DNA from: a virus
IMG/VR virus record: IMGVR_UViG_3300028840_007609
DNA length: 64,000 nt
Direction: 5' to 3' (one strand)
A program made the translations under genes and the position numbers. How positions within the stretch are numbered: position 1 is the first letter of the stretch; every line of letters begins with the position of its first letter. Below, in pieces: positions 53,649-63,610 of the stretch. The notes beneath the pieces were generated by a model. The model saw nothing but the letters and a program-made list of their open reading frames with translations, was not told the DNA's origin and did not search any database.

Positions 53649-55133
53649 ATGCATACACCGCCATACCCTCAATCAAAAACCGATCCATGGAAACACCAGG
53701 CAAGAATCTGGCCGACATTATTAAACATGCCTGCATATTATCTCGCGTGGGAAATGGGTGTCGGAAAATCTAAAATAGCAGTGGATTATAATACTGGTGT
53801 AAACGCCCAGAAAACAATAATCTTATGCCCTAAAAATACCGTTCATGTATGGCCGCGACAGTTCGACTTGCATTGCGGCAGAAATGTATTGATATACGCC
53901 CCTGAAAAAAAATTATCAGCGGCAAAAAAAGCAGCTGAAATAAAAGCAATAATAAACAAACACAATGGTCCGGCCGTAATAGTCATAAACTTTGAATCTT
54001 CATGGCGCCCGCCACTGGGTCCGCTTGTCCATGTCAACAAAAAGACGAAACGCAGACAAACACTGAAGCCTGGTCTGCTTGAAACAACAAAATGGGACAT
54101 GCAAATAATCGATGAAGCCCATAGAATCAAATCTCCAAGCGGAACAGCATCATGGCAGGCGTTCAGGATTGCTCGAAACTCTCTCAGAAAACTATACCTG
54201 TCAGGCACACCTATGCCGCACTCTCCTCTCGACATTTATGCCCAGTACAGGGCTCTTAACCCACGTATCTTTGGCACAAGGTTTTCTGATTTCAGGGCAC
54301 GCTATGCTGTCATGGGGGGACATCTCGGAAAACAGATATTCAGGTTCCAAAACATAGAAGAATTAAACAAAAGGTTCTTCTCATGTGCTGACGAAGTCCT
54401 GCTCGACGATGCTCTGGACATTCCTGACAGACAAAATCATTACATAAATATAGACCTGCCACCCGGTGTGTTGAAAAAATACAAAGAACTTGAAAAGCAA
54501 TTCTGGATTGAATGGGGTAAAGGAGAAGTCACTGTCAGCAATGCACTTGTAAAATTTCTGAGATTATCTCAAATGGCCAGGGGCATATTGAAATTTGATG
54601 ATGGAAGGGAAGAAATTGTCGATTCAACAATAATAGATGCAGTTGCTGACTTTACTGAAGATCTGCCGCCGAACGAACAGCTGGTAGTCTTTACGAAATT
54701 TAAACCTGAGTTGAAAAAATTGAAGGTCGCCATAGAAAAAACAGGCAGGTCCGTAGCTGAACTGTCAGGCGACATGAACCAGCGCAAACTCTGGGAAAAC
54801 AAAGACAAAAATACACTTGTTGCCCAGATAGATGCTGGAGCTGAATCAGCAGACTACACCCAGGCAAAATATTGCTTATATTGCTCCACTGGAATAAAGC
54901 TCGGAACATACCGACAAAGTCGCCGCAGACTACGGCGCCCGGGACAAAAACGAAAAACACACTTTTATCATTTCATAGCCAATAAAACCATTGATGTAAC
55001 AACACACAGAGCATTGAAGGACAGAAAAGATGTGGTGGACTTTGTGCTTAGAGGGCTGCACGAATACAAAAAAACAGGTGTAAACCCAAAGTTAAGAATG
55101 ATAAGTGACATCGAGCTGTCTACCTTAAAATAA
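53649..55133 (+). CDS. SNF2-family helicase
   Basis: MGVGKSK (motif I), IIDEAHRIK (motif II), LSGTPMPHSPLD, QSRRRLRRPGQK (motif VI). Confidence 0.85.
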   Translation: MHTPPYPQSKTDPWKHQARIWPTLLNMPAYYLAWEMGVGKSKIAVDYNTGVNAQKTIILCPKNTVHVWPRQFDLHCGRNVLIYAPEKKLSAAKKAAEIKAIINKHNGPAVIVINFESSWRPPLGPLVHVNKKTKRRQTLKPGLLETTKWDMQIIDEAHRIKSPSGTASWQAFRIARNSLRKLYLSGTPMPHSPLDIYAQYRALNPRIFGTRFSDFRARYAVMGGHLGKQIFRFQNIEELNKRFFSCADEVLLDDALDIPDRQNHYINIDLPPGVLKKYKELEKQFWIEWGKGEVTVSNALVKFLRLSQMARGILKFDDGREEIVDSTIIDAVADFTEDLPPNEQLVVFTKFKPELKKLKVAIEKTGRSVAELSGDMNQRKLWENKDKNTLVAQIDAGAESADYTQAKYCLYCSTGIKLGTYRQSRRRLRRPGQKRKTHFYHFIANKTIDVTTHRALKDRKDVVDFVLRGLHEYKKTGVNPKLRMISDIELSTLK

Positions 55134-55182
55134 AAAATAATATAAACATTAAATATCTATAATAAAAAAAAGGAAGGCAGGT

Positions 55183-55614
55183 ATGAGCAGCACAGAAAAA
55201 ATGGTCAACGTAAAGTCATTAAAAAAATTTGCACGGTTATATTTTGCCCGTAAAAAGCTAAAAGAAAAAACAGATGAAATCCAAAAGCAGCTGGATAAAA
55301 TGGAACCTGTATTGCTAAACCACTTAAAAGAAGTAGAGTCAAACACAGGTTTAAGCCTGTCTACACTGTCGCTTGAAGGCGGGCTCACGTTTACACAGCA
55401 TGAAATTATTTATGCAAAATTTCCAAAAGGCCGAGAAGAAGCGGCCAAAGTTTTAAAGGAAACCGGGTTTAAAAATTATGTCGCGGAAGGATTTAACTCC
55501 ACCTCGGTTAGTGCATTGCTGAGGGAGCTGTCAAAGAAAAACGAAATCCCGAAAGAATTTAAAGGCATAATCGATAAAAATCCAAAAGAAAGCCTCCGGC
55601 CCAAAATATTTTAA
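55183..55614 (+). CDS. hypothetical protein (143 aa)
   Basis: AAGGAAGG SD. Confidence 0.65.
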   Translation: MSSTEKMVNVKSLKKFARLYFARKKLKEKTDEIQKQLDKMEPVLLNHLKEVESNTGLSLSTLSLEGGLTFTQHEIIYAKFPKGREEAAKVLKETGFKNYVAEGFNSTSVSALLRELSKKNEIPKEFKGIIDKNPKESLRPKIF

Positions 55615-55728
55615 AAAAAACATGCAAAAAAAAGAAAGGAAGGTGCTGACTTAAAATTAAGCTAAATTCTACCTACAGGGACAAGTCTCAAACACCAGGT
55701 AAAAACAACAAAAAAAAGGAACAGGTAA

Positions 55729-56475
55729 ATGAAAGACTTGGTTTTATCAGGCGAAGATCAGTTCGCCATTATGTCAATCCCTGACATTAGAATGGAAATC
55801 GAACAAAACCTTGGTGCAGATGGCATCTCGGCTTTCGATCTCCCAAAAATTACAGTGCCGACCGGTGGCGGTAAGCACTGGACAATCCCAGACATTGAGG
55901 CCAAAGGCGGCGAAAGGGCAGAGTCTGAAATCACTGGAATCATCATAATGACACAGACAGCACGCCAGCTCTGGGAACGCCCATATGAAGAAGGCCATGG
56001 AGATCCTCCATTATGTTATTCGTCCAACGGTATCGAAGGACACGGAGAACCCGGCGGAGAATGCATGAGTTGCCCGTATAACGAATTTGAAACACATGAA
56101 GACAGGCGGAAAAAAGCATGCCGTGAACAAAAATTAATCTTTATTGTCCTTAAGGACGACGTTTTGCCGACCATGATAGTGGCACCACCCACATCATTGA
56201 AAAACGTCAAAAAATACCTTGTCGGTTTAACATCGAAGCGACGACCGGTTTTTTCGGTATACACAACACTGAGCCTTGAACGCGATAAAAATGAAGACAA
56301 CATCGAATATTCAAAAATCGTTCTGCAAAAAGTCGGTGATGTAGAGAACCCGGAAATAACAAAGGCATATGCAATGTCGATCAGGCCTTTCCTGGAAAAC
56401 ACGGCTCGCACTGCCGCCAAGGAACCGGCTCAAACCAAACCGGAATCAACCGAGCCTGAATCCGAACCGGCATAA
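55729..56475 (+). CDS. hypothetical protein with CxxC motif (248 aa)
   Basis: PPLCYSSNG...CMSCPYNEF...KKAC pattern; lies in the replication module. Confidence 0.65.
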   Translation: MKDLVLSGEDQFAIMSIPDIRMEIEQNLGADGISAFDLPKITVPTGGGKHWTIPDIEAKGGERAESEITGIIIMTQTARQLWERPYEEGHGDPPLCYSSNGIEGHGEPGGECMSCPYNEFETHEDRRKKACREQKLIFIVLKDDVLPTMIVAPPTSLKNVKKYLVGLTSKRRPVFSVYTTLSLERDKNEDNIEYSKIVLQKVGDVENPEITKAYAMSIRPFLENTARTAAKEPAQTKPESTEPESEPA

Positions 56476-56496
56476 TTTTATCTTAAATTTATAACA

Positions 56497-56520
56497 GCCG
56501 GGAGGCATTGACCTCCCGGC
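56497..56520 (+). terminator. strong hairpin without T-run
   Basis: GCCGGGAGG-CATTGA-CCTCCCGGC. Confidence 0.35.
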
Positions 56521-56555
56521 ATACTTAAACAATGTCAAACAATGGAGGATTAAAA

Positions 56556-57206
56556 ATGTCAAACAACACAGAAAAAGACCTCACGGTATTTACAAACGTG
56601 AATTTTGACAAAAACGATGTGATCCTGGTGGCCGTTGCGAAAGCTGAAAAGCAGCTCAGGAAAAACGTCAAGGAAGAAATGGAAAAACAGAAGGCCGCCG
56701 AAGAAAGAGTCAAAGAAATCGATGAACTTCTCGACAAGGAAGCAGACACGTACCCTCATGCCGTAAAACTCATCGTTAAAAAAGTAACTGAGCTTGCAAA
56801 AATGTACGACGTTGATGCCAAGGAAGTAAAACCGGTTATAGACATAGAGCACGAAATCAACTATGGCTATGGCGATTCTGAGCCCAACGAAGAAGGAAAC
56901 CGCTATACGGTTAGCTATAAACACAGACGAAGTGGATATGTCAGCATTAGAGTCATAAAAGATACACCGCTGACCGCCATACAGAAAAATTTGTGCAAGC
57001 AAAAAAGAACTGCCAAGGAAGAGGCTCAAATTCACCAAAGTACAGCCCTCGAATGGAAACGCAAGCTCAGCGACATCGATACATTCGAACGCCAAATCAA
57101 AGCCTATGTCATCGAACAGTCTCTCGGAACAACCGAGGAAGGCAAAAAGCTGCTCGAATCCATGGATAAAAACTTCGAAAACACCATCAAAATGATCGGT
57201 TTCTAA
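56556..57206 (+). CDS. hypothetical coiled-coil protein (216 aa)
   Basis: ORF 56532..57206. The GGAGGA SD favours the ATG at 56556. Confidence 0.65.
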   Translation: MSNNTEKDLTVFTNVNFDKNDVILVAVAKAEKQLRKNVKEEMEKQKAAEERVKEIDELLDKEADTYPHAVKLIVKKVTELAKMYDVDAKEVKPVIDIEHEINYGYGDSEPNEEGNRYTVSYKHRRSGYVSIRVIKDTPLTAIQKNLCKQKRTAKEEAQIHQSTALEWKRKLSDIDTFERQIKAYVIEQSLGTTEEGKKLLESMDKNFENTIKMIGF

Positions 57207-57207
57207 A

Positions 57208-58224
57208 ATGCCGCCATCTAAGTTATTAAATAAATTCGGGACATTAGGAGACTATCTATTGAAGCCAAAAAAACAAAAGCCGCTCAAGAATCTTTATGCT
57301 GATTCAACAGCGGCTTTTATTTTAAAAGAAGAAACAGAAAGTTTTCTTCGTTTCGGTATATCAGAAGATCCAAGAAGAATTCTGGAAGATCCAAAGCCTA
57401 TCTTTACAAAGGACATCGATGAAGCCGAGATTATCATAAGAAAAAGATTCCCGGTAAACCACCCCGCCTTAGACAACATAATAACGACAAGGGAAGTAAT
57501 TTGTGTCCATAAAAAGACATGTATAAAAGCAAGTGTTTCAATAGAAAACCTGGTAGACTATGTGAAAAAATTTGGCCCGGTAGAAAATCGTACAATTGAT
57601 GGATATATTGTTGACTGCGCAATACAATATCCAAACTATTATTGCAAAAAAGACATAAACAAAGACATAAGAAATCATGGAATGTATTTAAGAAAAAGGT
57701 CAGGCGACCGAGATCTAATTGTTTACAATCCCAAAATAGCTAAAAAACAACTCGAAAAGGCCAAGAAATTAACAGCAAGACCTCGCAATTTTTATCACAT
57801 TCCAAAGCAAACAATCGTAACTGCCAATGACATAAGACAAACCTGTGCAAAAATGATATGGTTCCATCAAAAAAAAATAGCGATAGGGACTTACCCCAGA
57901 GAATATCTGTTTGAATGCAATAAAACGTTAAAAACAAATACATGCTATGCGCTGCTTTCTCTTATTGACATGTATAATTATACATATGGGAAAAACAGCT
58001 ACCGCAGGTTAGACTGCTTTCAAAAATTAAAAGATCTCTGGAAAAAACACTATAGAAAAACCATGGACGACAAGCTTATCCCGGGTGTTCTCAAAAAGCT
58101 TATGGAAAAAGAAATCAAAACCAGAAAGCCTCCCAAAAACAAAATGGGAATTCTTGAACCATCAAAAAAATCGGTGCTATATGAAGACGAAAAATACCAC
58201 GGTGTTGAAATTAAGCAAGGCTGA
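57208..58224 (+). CDS. hypothetical protein (338 aa)
   Basis: ORF track; coupled to the upstream stop. Confidence 0.65.
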   Translation: MPPSKLLNKFGTLGDYLLKPKKQKPLKNLYADSTAAFILKEETESFLRFGISEDPRRILEDPKPIFTKDIDEAEIIIRKRFPVNHPALDNIITTREVICVHKKTCIKASVSIENLVDYVKKFGPVENRTIDGYIVDCAIQYPNYYCKKDINKDIRNHGMYLRKRSGDRDLIVYNPKIAKKQLEKAKKLTARPRNFYHIPKQTIVTANDIRQTCAKMIWFHQKKIAIGTYPREYLFECNKTLKTNTCYALLSLIDMYNYTYGKNSYRRLDCFQKLKDLWKKHYRKTMDDKLIPGVLKKLMEKEIKTRKPPKNKMGILEPSKKSVLYEDEKYHGVEIKQG

Positions 58225-58378
58225 AATTGAAACTGCAATAAAAGAATTTGCAGAAAAAATAATAGCTGTAACTATTCCAGACGATGCTGTCGTCAATATG
58301 ATAATCGATGAAACCTGGGAAGAACCAGAAATTAAATGCGCTAAGATATCATTTACAGACAGCTGGAGACCTCTGTGA
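58181..58378 (+). CDS. hypothetical protein (65 aa), start uncertain
   Basis: ORF 58085..58378, internal ATG. Confidence 0.35.
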   Translation: MKTKNTTVLKLSKAEIETAIKEFAEKIIAVTIPDDAVVNMIIDETWEEPEIKCAKISFTDSWRPL

Positions 58379-58923
58379 AACTATTTGAATGGTCGGAATT
58401 CACTTTATATATACTGAGGAAACATTTTAGAACATGGCTGGCCATATTTGCAATATATCTTTCACTGGCAGGAATAGTAACTTTCTCACTATTTATCTTA
58501 GAAGAATCTTTTCAAACAGCAATGTTTGGAACATGGCCGGCACAGGATGCACAACGGTGGGACGTTGTGCTCGACGGGACAAAAATAATGGATCACTTCA
58601 TATGGTGGATGGACGTGGTCAACTACTCGTCGGGATGGATACAGCCACTGGCGTTCATATCATATCGAGCCTACTCAAAGAGTGCGAAATATTATACGAG
58701 GAGTCTAAAAGCAAAAGTCCTAGCCCACCAGCCAGAGTTAATGGAAGGACAAAAAGTAAAAATAAAATTCATAGTGAAGCAAATTACAAAAGACAAATAC
58801 GGCTTAATTCTGTCAAACGGCCGACTAAAAATAAGATCAAAAGAACGGGCTTTCGGGATAATAGACGTGGAAGGTGTTATTAGAAAAACAGGAATAGGAT
58901 ATGAACTCATTAGAATTCGTTAA
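58375..58923 (+). CDS. membrane protein (182 aa)
   Basis: GTGA coupling; hydrophobic N-terminal segment. Confidence 0.55.
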   Translation: MKLFEWSEFTLYILRKHFRTWLAIFAIYLSLAGIVTFSLFILEESFQTAMFGTWPAQDAQRWDVVLDGTKIMDHFIWWMDVVNYSSGWIQPLAFISYRAYSKSAKYYTRSLKAKVLAHQPELMEGQKVKIKFIVKQITKDKYGLILSNGRLKIRSKERAFGIIDVEGVIRKTGIGYELIRIR

Positions 58924-60562
58924 AATGATGTTCGACGACAAGCCGGAAAACACATTCATCCTTATATGGCAGGCCATGAACAAAAAAAGCTCATGGTTCC
59001 AAGACACACGCTCTGCAGCAGATTTTATAACAAAAAATCCAGAAGATATATACTTCGGAGTGGGACTAAGCCCGGCTAACTATGGACCTGCAAAAAGATG
59101 TGTCGCCAACAACATAGCAGGAATACCAGGACTTTATGTCGATGTAGACATAGGGCAAAAATCAGGAAAAAAATACCCTGACACTTTTGACGATGCGGTT
59201 GAACTGATAACAATAGACGGATTAAAACCAACAATGATAGTTCATTCTGGAAACGGCATCCATGGATACTGGCTGTTCAAGGAAATATGGATGTTCGACA
59301 CGCAGGAAGAACGCGAACAGGCAGCAGACCTGAATTTAAGGTTACATCTGAAAATAAAAGAACGTGCTATTAAAAAAAAATGGCACATAGATTCGGTTTT
59401 TGATCTTGCCCGCATACTCAGACCATCAGGAACCCTGAATTGTAAATCAGACCCCCCTAAAGATGTCACTGTCTATATGAGCAACGGGCAGAAATATTCA
59501 GATCCTGATATTTTTGAAGAAATGCTCACGCCGGTAGGCGGCTATGATATTACCAAGTCAAAGCTATCAAAAGAAGACCTCAAAGCCGTAGAAAAAATTT
59601 TACGGCTAAAAAATATAGCAGAACCGCCAAGAGATGCATTGGATATGCTGCTTGAAGCTGATGTAAACTTTAAGGCAGCATGGCAACAGGTTAAAGACAA
59701 CAGAAAAGACACATCAACCAGCGGGTATCACTGGGACCTTTGTGTATACTCAATAAAGGCCGGATGGACAGACCAGGAAATTGCAAACCTATTGATTGCC
59801 TGGAACCGCAGACACGGACATGATTTAAACAAAGTTCTCAGGGCTGATTATGTTGCCAGGACAATCGGAAATGCCCGCCATAAAGTTTCCGGGGACCTGG
59901 CAAACGAATTCTCAGAAGAAGTTAAAGGAATAGAGCAAACATCGGCAGCGAAACCAATGCAGCCGGCGCTTAAAAAAAAATGTCTGGAAATTATAAGCCA
60001 CCATTGTGGCTTCAAGATATTAAGGATTATTAAATACGTCCAAGAAGACCGAATGAAATACAAAGTGGAAACGGCAGACAAAGGTCCGATTCATTTTAAC
60101 GGCCAGGACGAAATGCTTTCAAAAGCAAAATTCACCCAGCGAGTATTTTCTGTTACCAATATAGCCTTGTCAATAACCACAAAAGACTGGGTAAATATAA
60201 TCAATACGTACAAACATATCATTGATGATGTAATTGTGTCTGCAGAAAGCTCTGTAGAAGGCAGAACTGAAACATGGCTGCAGGAATACCTGGAAGGACA
60301 GCAAATAAGAGATCAACACGAAGCGGCACTCGATGACCAGCCGTTCGTTTTTCAGGACCACTGGTATATATTTGCTACCAAATTTAAAGAATGGGCATAC
60401 AGCAAAAAGCACGATCGACAGTCAGTCGCAAAAACAAGGACGGATCTAAAAAACATCGGGGCAATGGAAAGGAGGTTTAATCCTAACCATCCACTAAAAG
60501 AGGGTGGCAGGATCAAAAAAATGGCATGGAAAATACCGCACAGCATAGCAAAGCCAGCCTAA
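58901..60562 (+). CDS. archaeo-eukaryotic-type primase-polymerase (AEP/prim-pol)
   Basis: LYVDVDIG (DxD), HSGNGIHGYWLF (sGxGxH), DLARILRPSGTLNCK. Confidence 0.8.
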   Translation: MNSLEFVKMMFDDKPENTFILIWQAMNKKSSWFQDTRSAADFITKNPEDIYFGVGLSPANYGPAKRCVANNIAGIPGLYVDVDIGQKSGKKYPDTFDDAVELITIDGLKPTMIVHSGNGIHGYWLFKEIWMFDTQEEREQAADLNLRLHLKIKERAIKKKWHIDSVFDLARILRPSGTLNCKSDPPKDVTVYMSNGQKYSDPDIFEEMLTPVGGYDITKSKLSKEDLKAVEKILRLKNIAEPPRDALDMLLEADVNFKAAWQQVKDNRKDTSTSGYHWDLCVYSIKAGWTDQEIANLLIAWNRRHGHDLNKVLRADYVARTIGNARHKVSGDLANEFSEEVKGIEQTSAAKPMQPALKKKCLEIISHHCGFKILRIIKYVQEDRMKYKVETADKGPIHFNGQDEMLSKAKFTQRVFSVTNIALSITTKDWVNIINTYKHIIDDVIVSAESSVEGRTETWLQEYLEGQQIRDQHEAALDDQPFVFQDHWYIFATKFKEWAYSKKHDRQSVAKTRTDLKNIGAMERRFNPNHPLKEGGRIKKMAWKIPHSIAKPA

Positions 60563-61002
60563 CGGACATCGAAGAACTCGAAATGATGGCAAACAACAAA
60601 AAACTGGAAAAGATAAAAGAAAACCTGAAGAACAGACGGGCAATTCTTATAAGCCAAAATAGAACCAGGGCCAACCTGTTAAGAAAAAAATACGATTCTC
60701 TTTTAGCCCGCAACAGTGAAACAAGGACAAAAGCTGCAAAAATAAAATTTGGCTTACTATCAGACTTTTTTAAGCTACCGGAAAGCATCAATATTTACAG
60801 AGAATTTCAGCTTGACACACTCAAGCACGGCTTCCGGCTGGCAAGGTATCAGTTAAAAGAACATGAAAACAGCCGAAATGTATTAAGAATATTTAATTTA
60901 AAATATCCGGAACATAAAAGACACACAACAAACCAAGCAGCAATCAAAAAATATGTGAGGTGGTTCGAATGGATGAAACAATGTCAGCGATCAAAGAAGT
61001 AA
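60526..61002 (+). CDS. hypothetical protein (158 aa)
   Basis: ORF track. Confidence 0.55.
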   Translation: MENTAQHSKASLTDIEELEMMANNKKLEKIKENLKNRRAILISQNRTRANLLRKKYDSLLARNSETRTKAAKIKFGLLSDFFKLPESINIYREFQLDTLKHGFRLARYQLKEHENSRNVLRIFNLKYPEHKRHTTNQAAIKKYVRWFEWMKQCQRSKK

Positions 61003-61163
61003 AACTAATAGGCTGTGTGCCGTTCATATGCCCTAAATGCAACAAGTCGTGCCTTGGATGCTTTGATTTTGAAACAAACGATTCACTCACCCAAACAGTC
61101 AAGGCCAAGTGTATTGACTGTGAAGCCGAATCTAAAATTAAGCTGGAGCTGCTAAATGAGTAA
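60969..61163 (+). CDS. zinc-ribbon protein (64 aa)
   Basis: GAGGTGG SD; CPKC...CIDC motifs. Confidence 0.55.
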   Translation: MDETMSAIKEVKLIGCVPFICPKCNKSCLGCFDFETNDSLTQTVKAKCIDCEAESKIKLELLNE

Positions 61164-62856
61164 TGAAAACAGAGAATTCAGGGTATTCGGTCCTCCAGGC
61201 TGCGGTAAAACATCAGAAATGGCCACTAAATATATTCCAAGGGCCATAGACAAATATGGTGACGACAAAGTCATGGTAACAAGCTTTACAAAAGCCGCCG
61301 CCCGGGAAATTACATATAAACGCAGCAGAGAAACAGGCCAACGCATCTCGGTAAACCCTGAAAATGTCGGCACGCTACATTCTATCTTATATCATGCCTT
61401 AAACAAGCCTGAAATTACGGAAGTCCACTACGCAAATGAATGGAATGAAAGATACCCTGCATTCGCAATTTCAGGAAAAATAGTTTCGAGTGTGGACGAA
61501 TCGTGCTCTGCTGACTGCACAAAAAGCAGCAGTGGAGACTCAGGAGATAAATACCTAAACGCAGTGAACATTAAGCGTAACAAAATGATCCCTATTAAAT
61601 CCTGGAGCCATGAACTCAGGAAGTTTTATACCATATGGTCTGATTTCAAAAAAGAAACATCCAGTATGGACTTTACAGACATAATTGAAGCGGGGCTATA
61701 CGATTTTGACACGGCGCCATGTGAACCTGAAGTAATTTTTGTCGATGAAGCTCAGGATTTCACACTTCTTCAGTTGTCGGTCATAAGAAAATGGGGTAAA
61801 CACGCAAAATGGACCGTGCTGGTAGGCGATGACGACCAGACAATTTATGAATTTACCGGAGCTGACCCGACAGCATTCTTAAAGCCGGAGGTGGATAAAA
61901 AATATAAAACAGTCTTGTCGCAAAGCTACCGGGTCCCGGAGGCGGTCTTAAAAAGATCACAGGCATTGATTAAAAAAGTTTTAATGCGTGAAGAAAAAAA
62001 ATACAACGCAAGGATAGACAGAGAAACAAATCAGCCTGCTGTCGGCGAAGTAAGGGAGCTGTCAGGCAGTTATCAAGATGCCGAGTATATATTAAACGAT
62101 CTTAAACAATATCTTGATGCCGGCCTTACTATAAAATTGCTTGCAAGCTGTGCCTATATGCTGGAGCCAATCAAAAAAGCTCTGACAGAAAACGCGATCC
62201 CGTTTCACAACCCGTACCGGCGCCGACGACGCGACTGGAACCCACTGCATACATCAATCTTTGGAGATGAAAGTGCAATTCTGAATTTTCTAAACTGCGG
62301 TATAGACGAGCCATACTGGAACATCCCGCAATTAATTTCGTGGGCCAGACACATAAAAGTCGGTGAGACAGGGCTAAAAAGAAATGTTGGCAAAAAAGCC
62401 ATCATGCGACTAAAGCAGGCGATCGATGAAAAAGAAAAAGGCTTGCACACAAGCCGTGAAGTTATAAATTTAATATTTGAAAAACAGGCTGTTCAGCCAA
62501 TACTCGAACGCAACATAGACTGGTTCAAAGATAATCTGTTAAAAACAAAAGCAACCCAGCTTGATTATGCGATCAGAGTTTACAAAAAGCACGGAAATGA
62601 CGTAGAAGTCCTTGAAAGCCCGCCAAAAATAACCATAGGTACGATCCATTCAGTAAAAGGCGCAGAGGCAGACTGTGTTTACGTTTTTCCGGACATATCA
62701 TTTCAGGCTGACATAGAAATGGGCAACAGGAACGGATATGATTCAATCCACAGATTATTTTACGTAGCCATGACCCGGGCCAAGCATAAGTTAATTTTAT
62801 GTAGACCGACCGTAATGATGCGCGGTGTAACACCAAGAATGTTTGTAAGATTATAA
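61156..62856 (+). CDS. UvrD/Rep-like superfamily 1 helicase
   Basis: GPPGCGKT, FVDEAQDF, TIHSVKGAEADCVYV, YVAMTRAKHKLIL. Confidence 0.85.
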   Translation: MSNENREFRVFGPPGCGKTSEMATKYIPRAIDKYGDDKVMVTSFTKAAAREITYKRSRETGQRISVNPENVGTLHSILYHALNKPEITEVHYANEWNERYPAFAISGKIVSSVDESCSADCTKSSSGDSGDKYLNAVNIKRNKMIPIKSWSHELRKFYTIWSDFKKETSSMDFTDIIEAGLYDFDTAPCEPEVIFVDEAQDFTLLQLSVIRKWGKHAKWTVLVGDDDQTIYEFTGADPTAFLKPEVDKKYKTVLSQSYRVPEAVLKRSQALIKKVLMREEKKYNARIDRETNQPAVGEVRELSGSYQDAEYILNDLKQYLDAGLTIKLLASCAYMLEPIKKALTENAIPFHNPYRRRRRDWNPLHTSIFGDESAILNFLNCGIDEPYWNIPQLISWARHIKVGETGLKRNVGKKAIMRLKQAIDEKEKGLHTSREVINLIFEKQAVQPILERNIDWFKDNLLKTKATQLDYAIRVYKKHGNDVEVLESPPKITIGTIHSVKGAEADCVYVFPDISFQADIEMGNRNGYDSIHRLFYVAMTRAKHKLILCRPTVMMRGVTPRMFVRL

Positions 62857-62866
62857 AACATATACC

Positions 62867-63082
62867 ATGCCGGACAAAGATTCCCACAATAGAATTTTAG
62901 TAAAAAAATTTCATGACGAATATGGCTGGGGGTTCAGTAAGATTGCCAGGCACTTAAACATGACACCACAAGGCGCATGTAATTTGTATAAATACAAACC
63001 GGCGGTTACAAGAAAACGCCGTCCCGAAAGATCGGTTATTCGTGTAGACGGCAAACGTGTTGTTGTCAAAAGAAGATATTAA
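62867..63082 (+). CDS. small HTH DNA-binding protein (71 aa)
   Basis: The segment WGFSKIARHLNMTPQGACNLYK is HTH-like; basic tail. Confidence 0.55.
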   Translation: MPDKDSHNRILVKKFHDEYGWGFSKIARHLNMTPQGACNLYKYKPAVTRKRRPERSVIRVDGKRVVVKRRY

Positions 63083-63088
63083 ACTGAA

Positions 63089-63610
63089 ATGATAATCAAA
63101 ATACCGCCGCCATATGGCCCATTTACATGCTATAAAAACGGATGCAAAAACGAAACAAGGTTGTGCTTTATACACAGCCCTAAAGAAATCGAGATTGTCA
63201 AAAAAGCAAACAACAATCCGGCAATAATTGTAATGAGAAGGCTCGGCGAAATGATATGCGAAGAATGTTTCAACAAAATAACCATATTAAAACCAGGCTA
63301 TACAGTTCTTGGAACATATGCATATCCAGGAACATCACGTTATACATATCCAGGAACACCGCCTCCTGCATCTAATATTCCACCTATTCAGCCTACTACT
63401 CCAAAGGTTCAGGCTCCAATAAAAAATGCTACAGTAAACGATTTCAGGTCTTATATTCGATGTTGCCCGAACTGCTGCAGTAACTGTATAAAAATAAGAA
63501 AAGAAAAAACGTTTTTAAGGGGTACAAAGAAAATAATGGCTCAATGCAAAGAATGCGGCTGTTTCACAGTTTATCATGCAGATAAAAAAGAAATAACACC
63601 ATGGTATTAA
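63089..63610 (+). CDS. Cys-rich protein (173 aa), paralogue of the next gene
   Basis: YGPFTCYKNGC...RRLGEMICEECF N-terminal domain. Confidence 0.6.
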   Translation: MIIKIPPPYGPFTCYKNGCKNETRLCFIHSPKEIEIVKKANNNPAIIVMRRLGEMICEECFNKITILKPGYTVLGTYAYPGTSRYTYPGTPPPASNIPPIQPTTPKVQAPIKNATVNDFRSYIRCCPNCCSNCIKIRKEKTFLRGTKKIMAQCKECGCFTVYHADKKEITPWY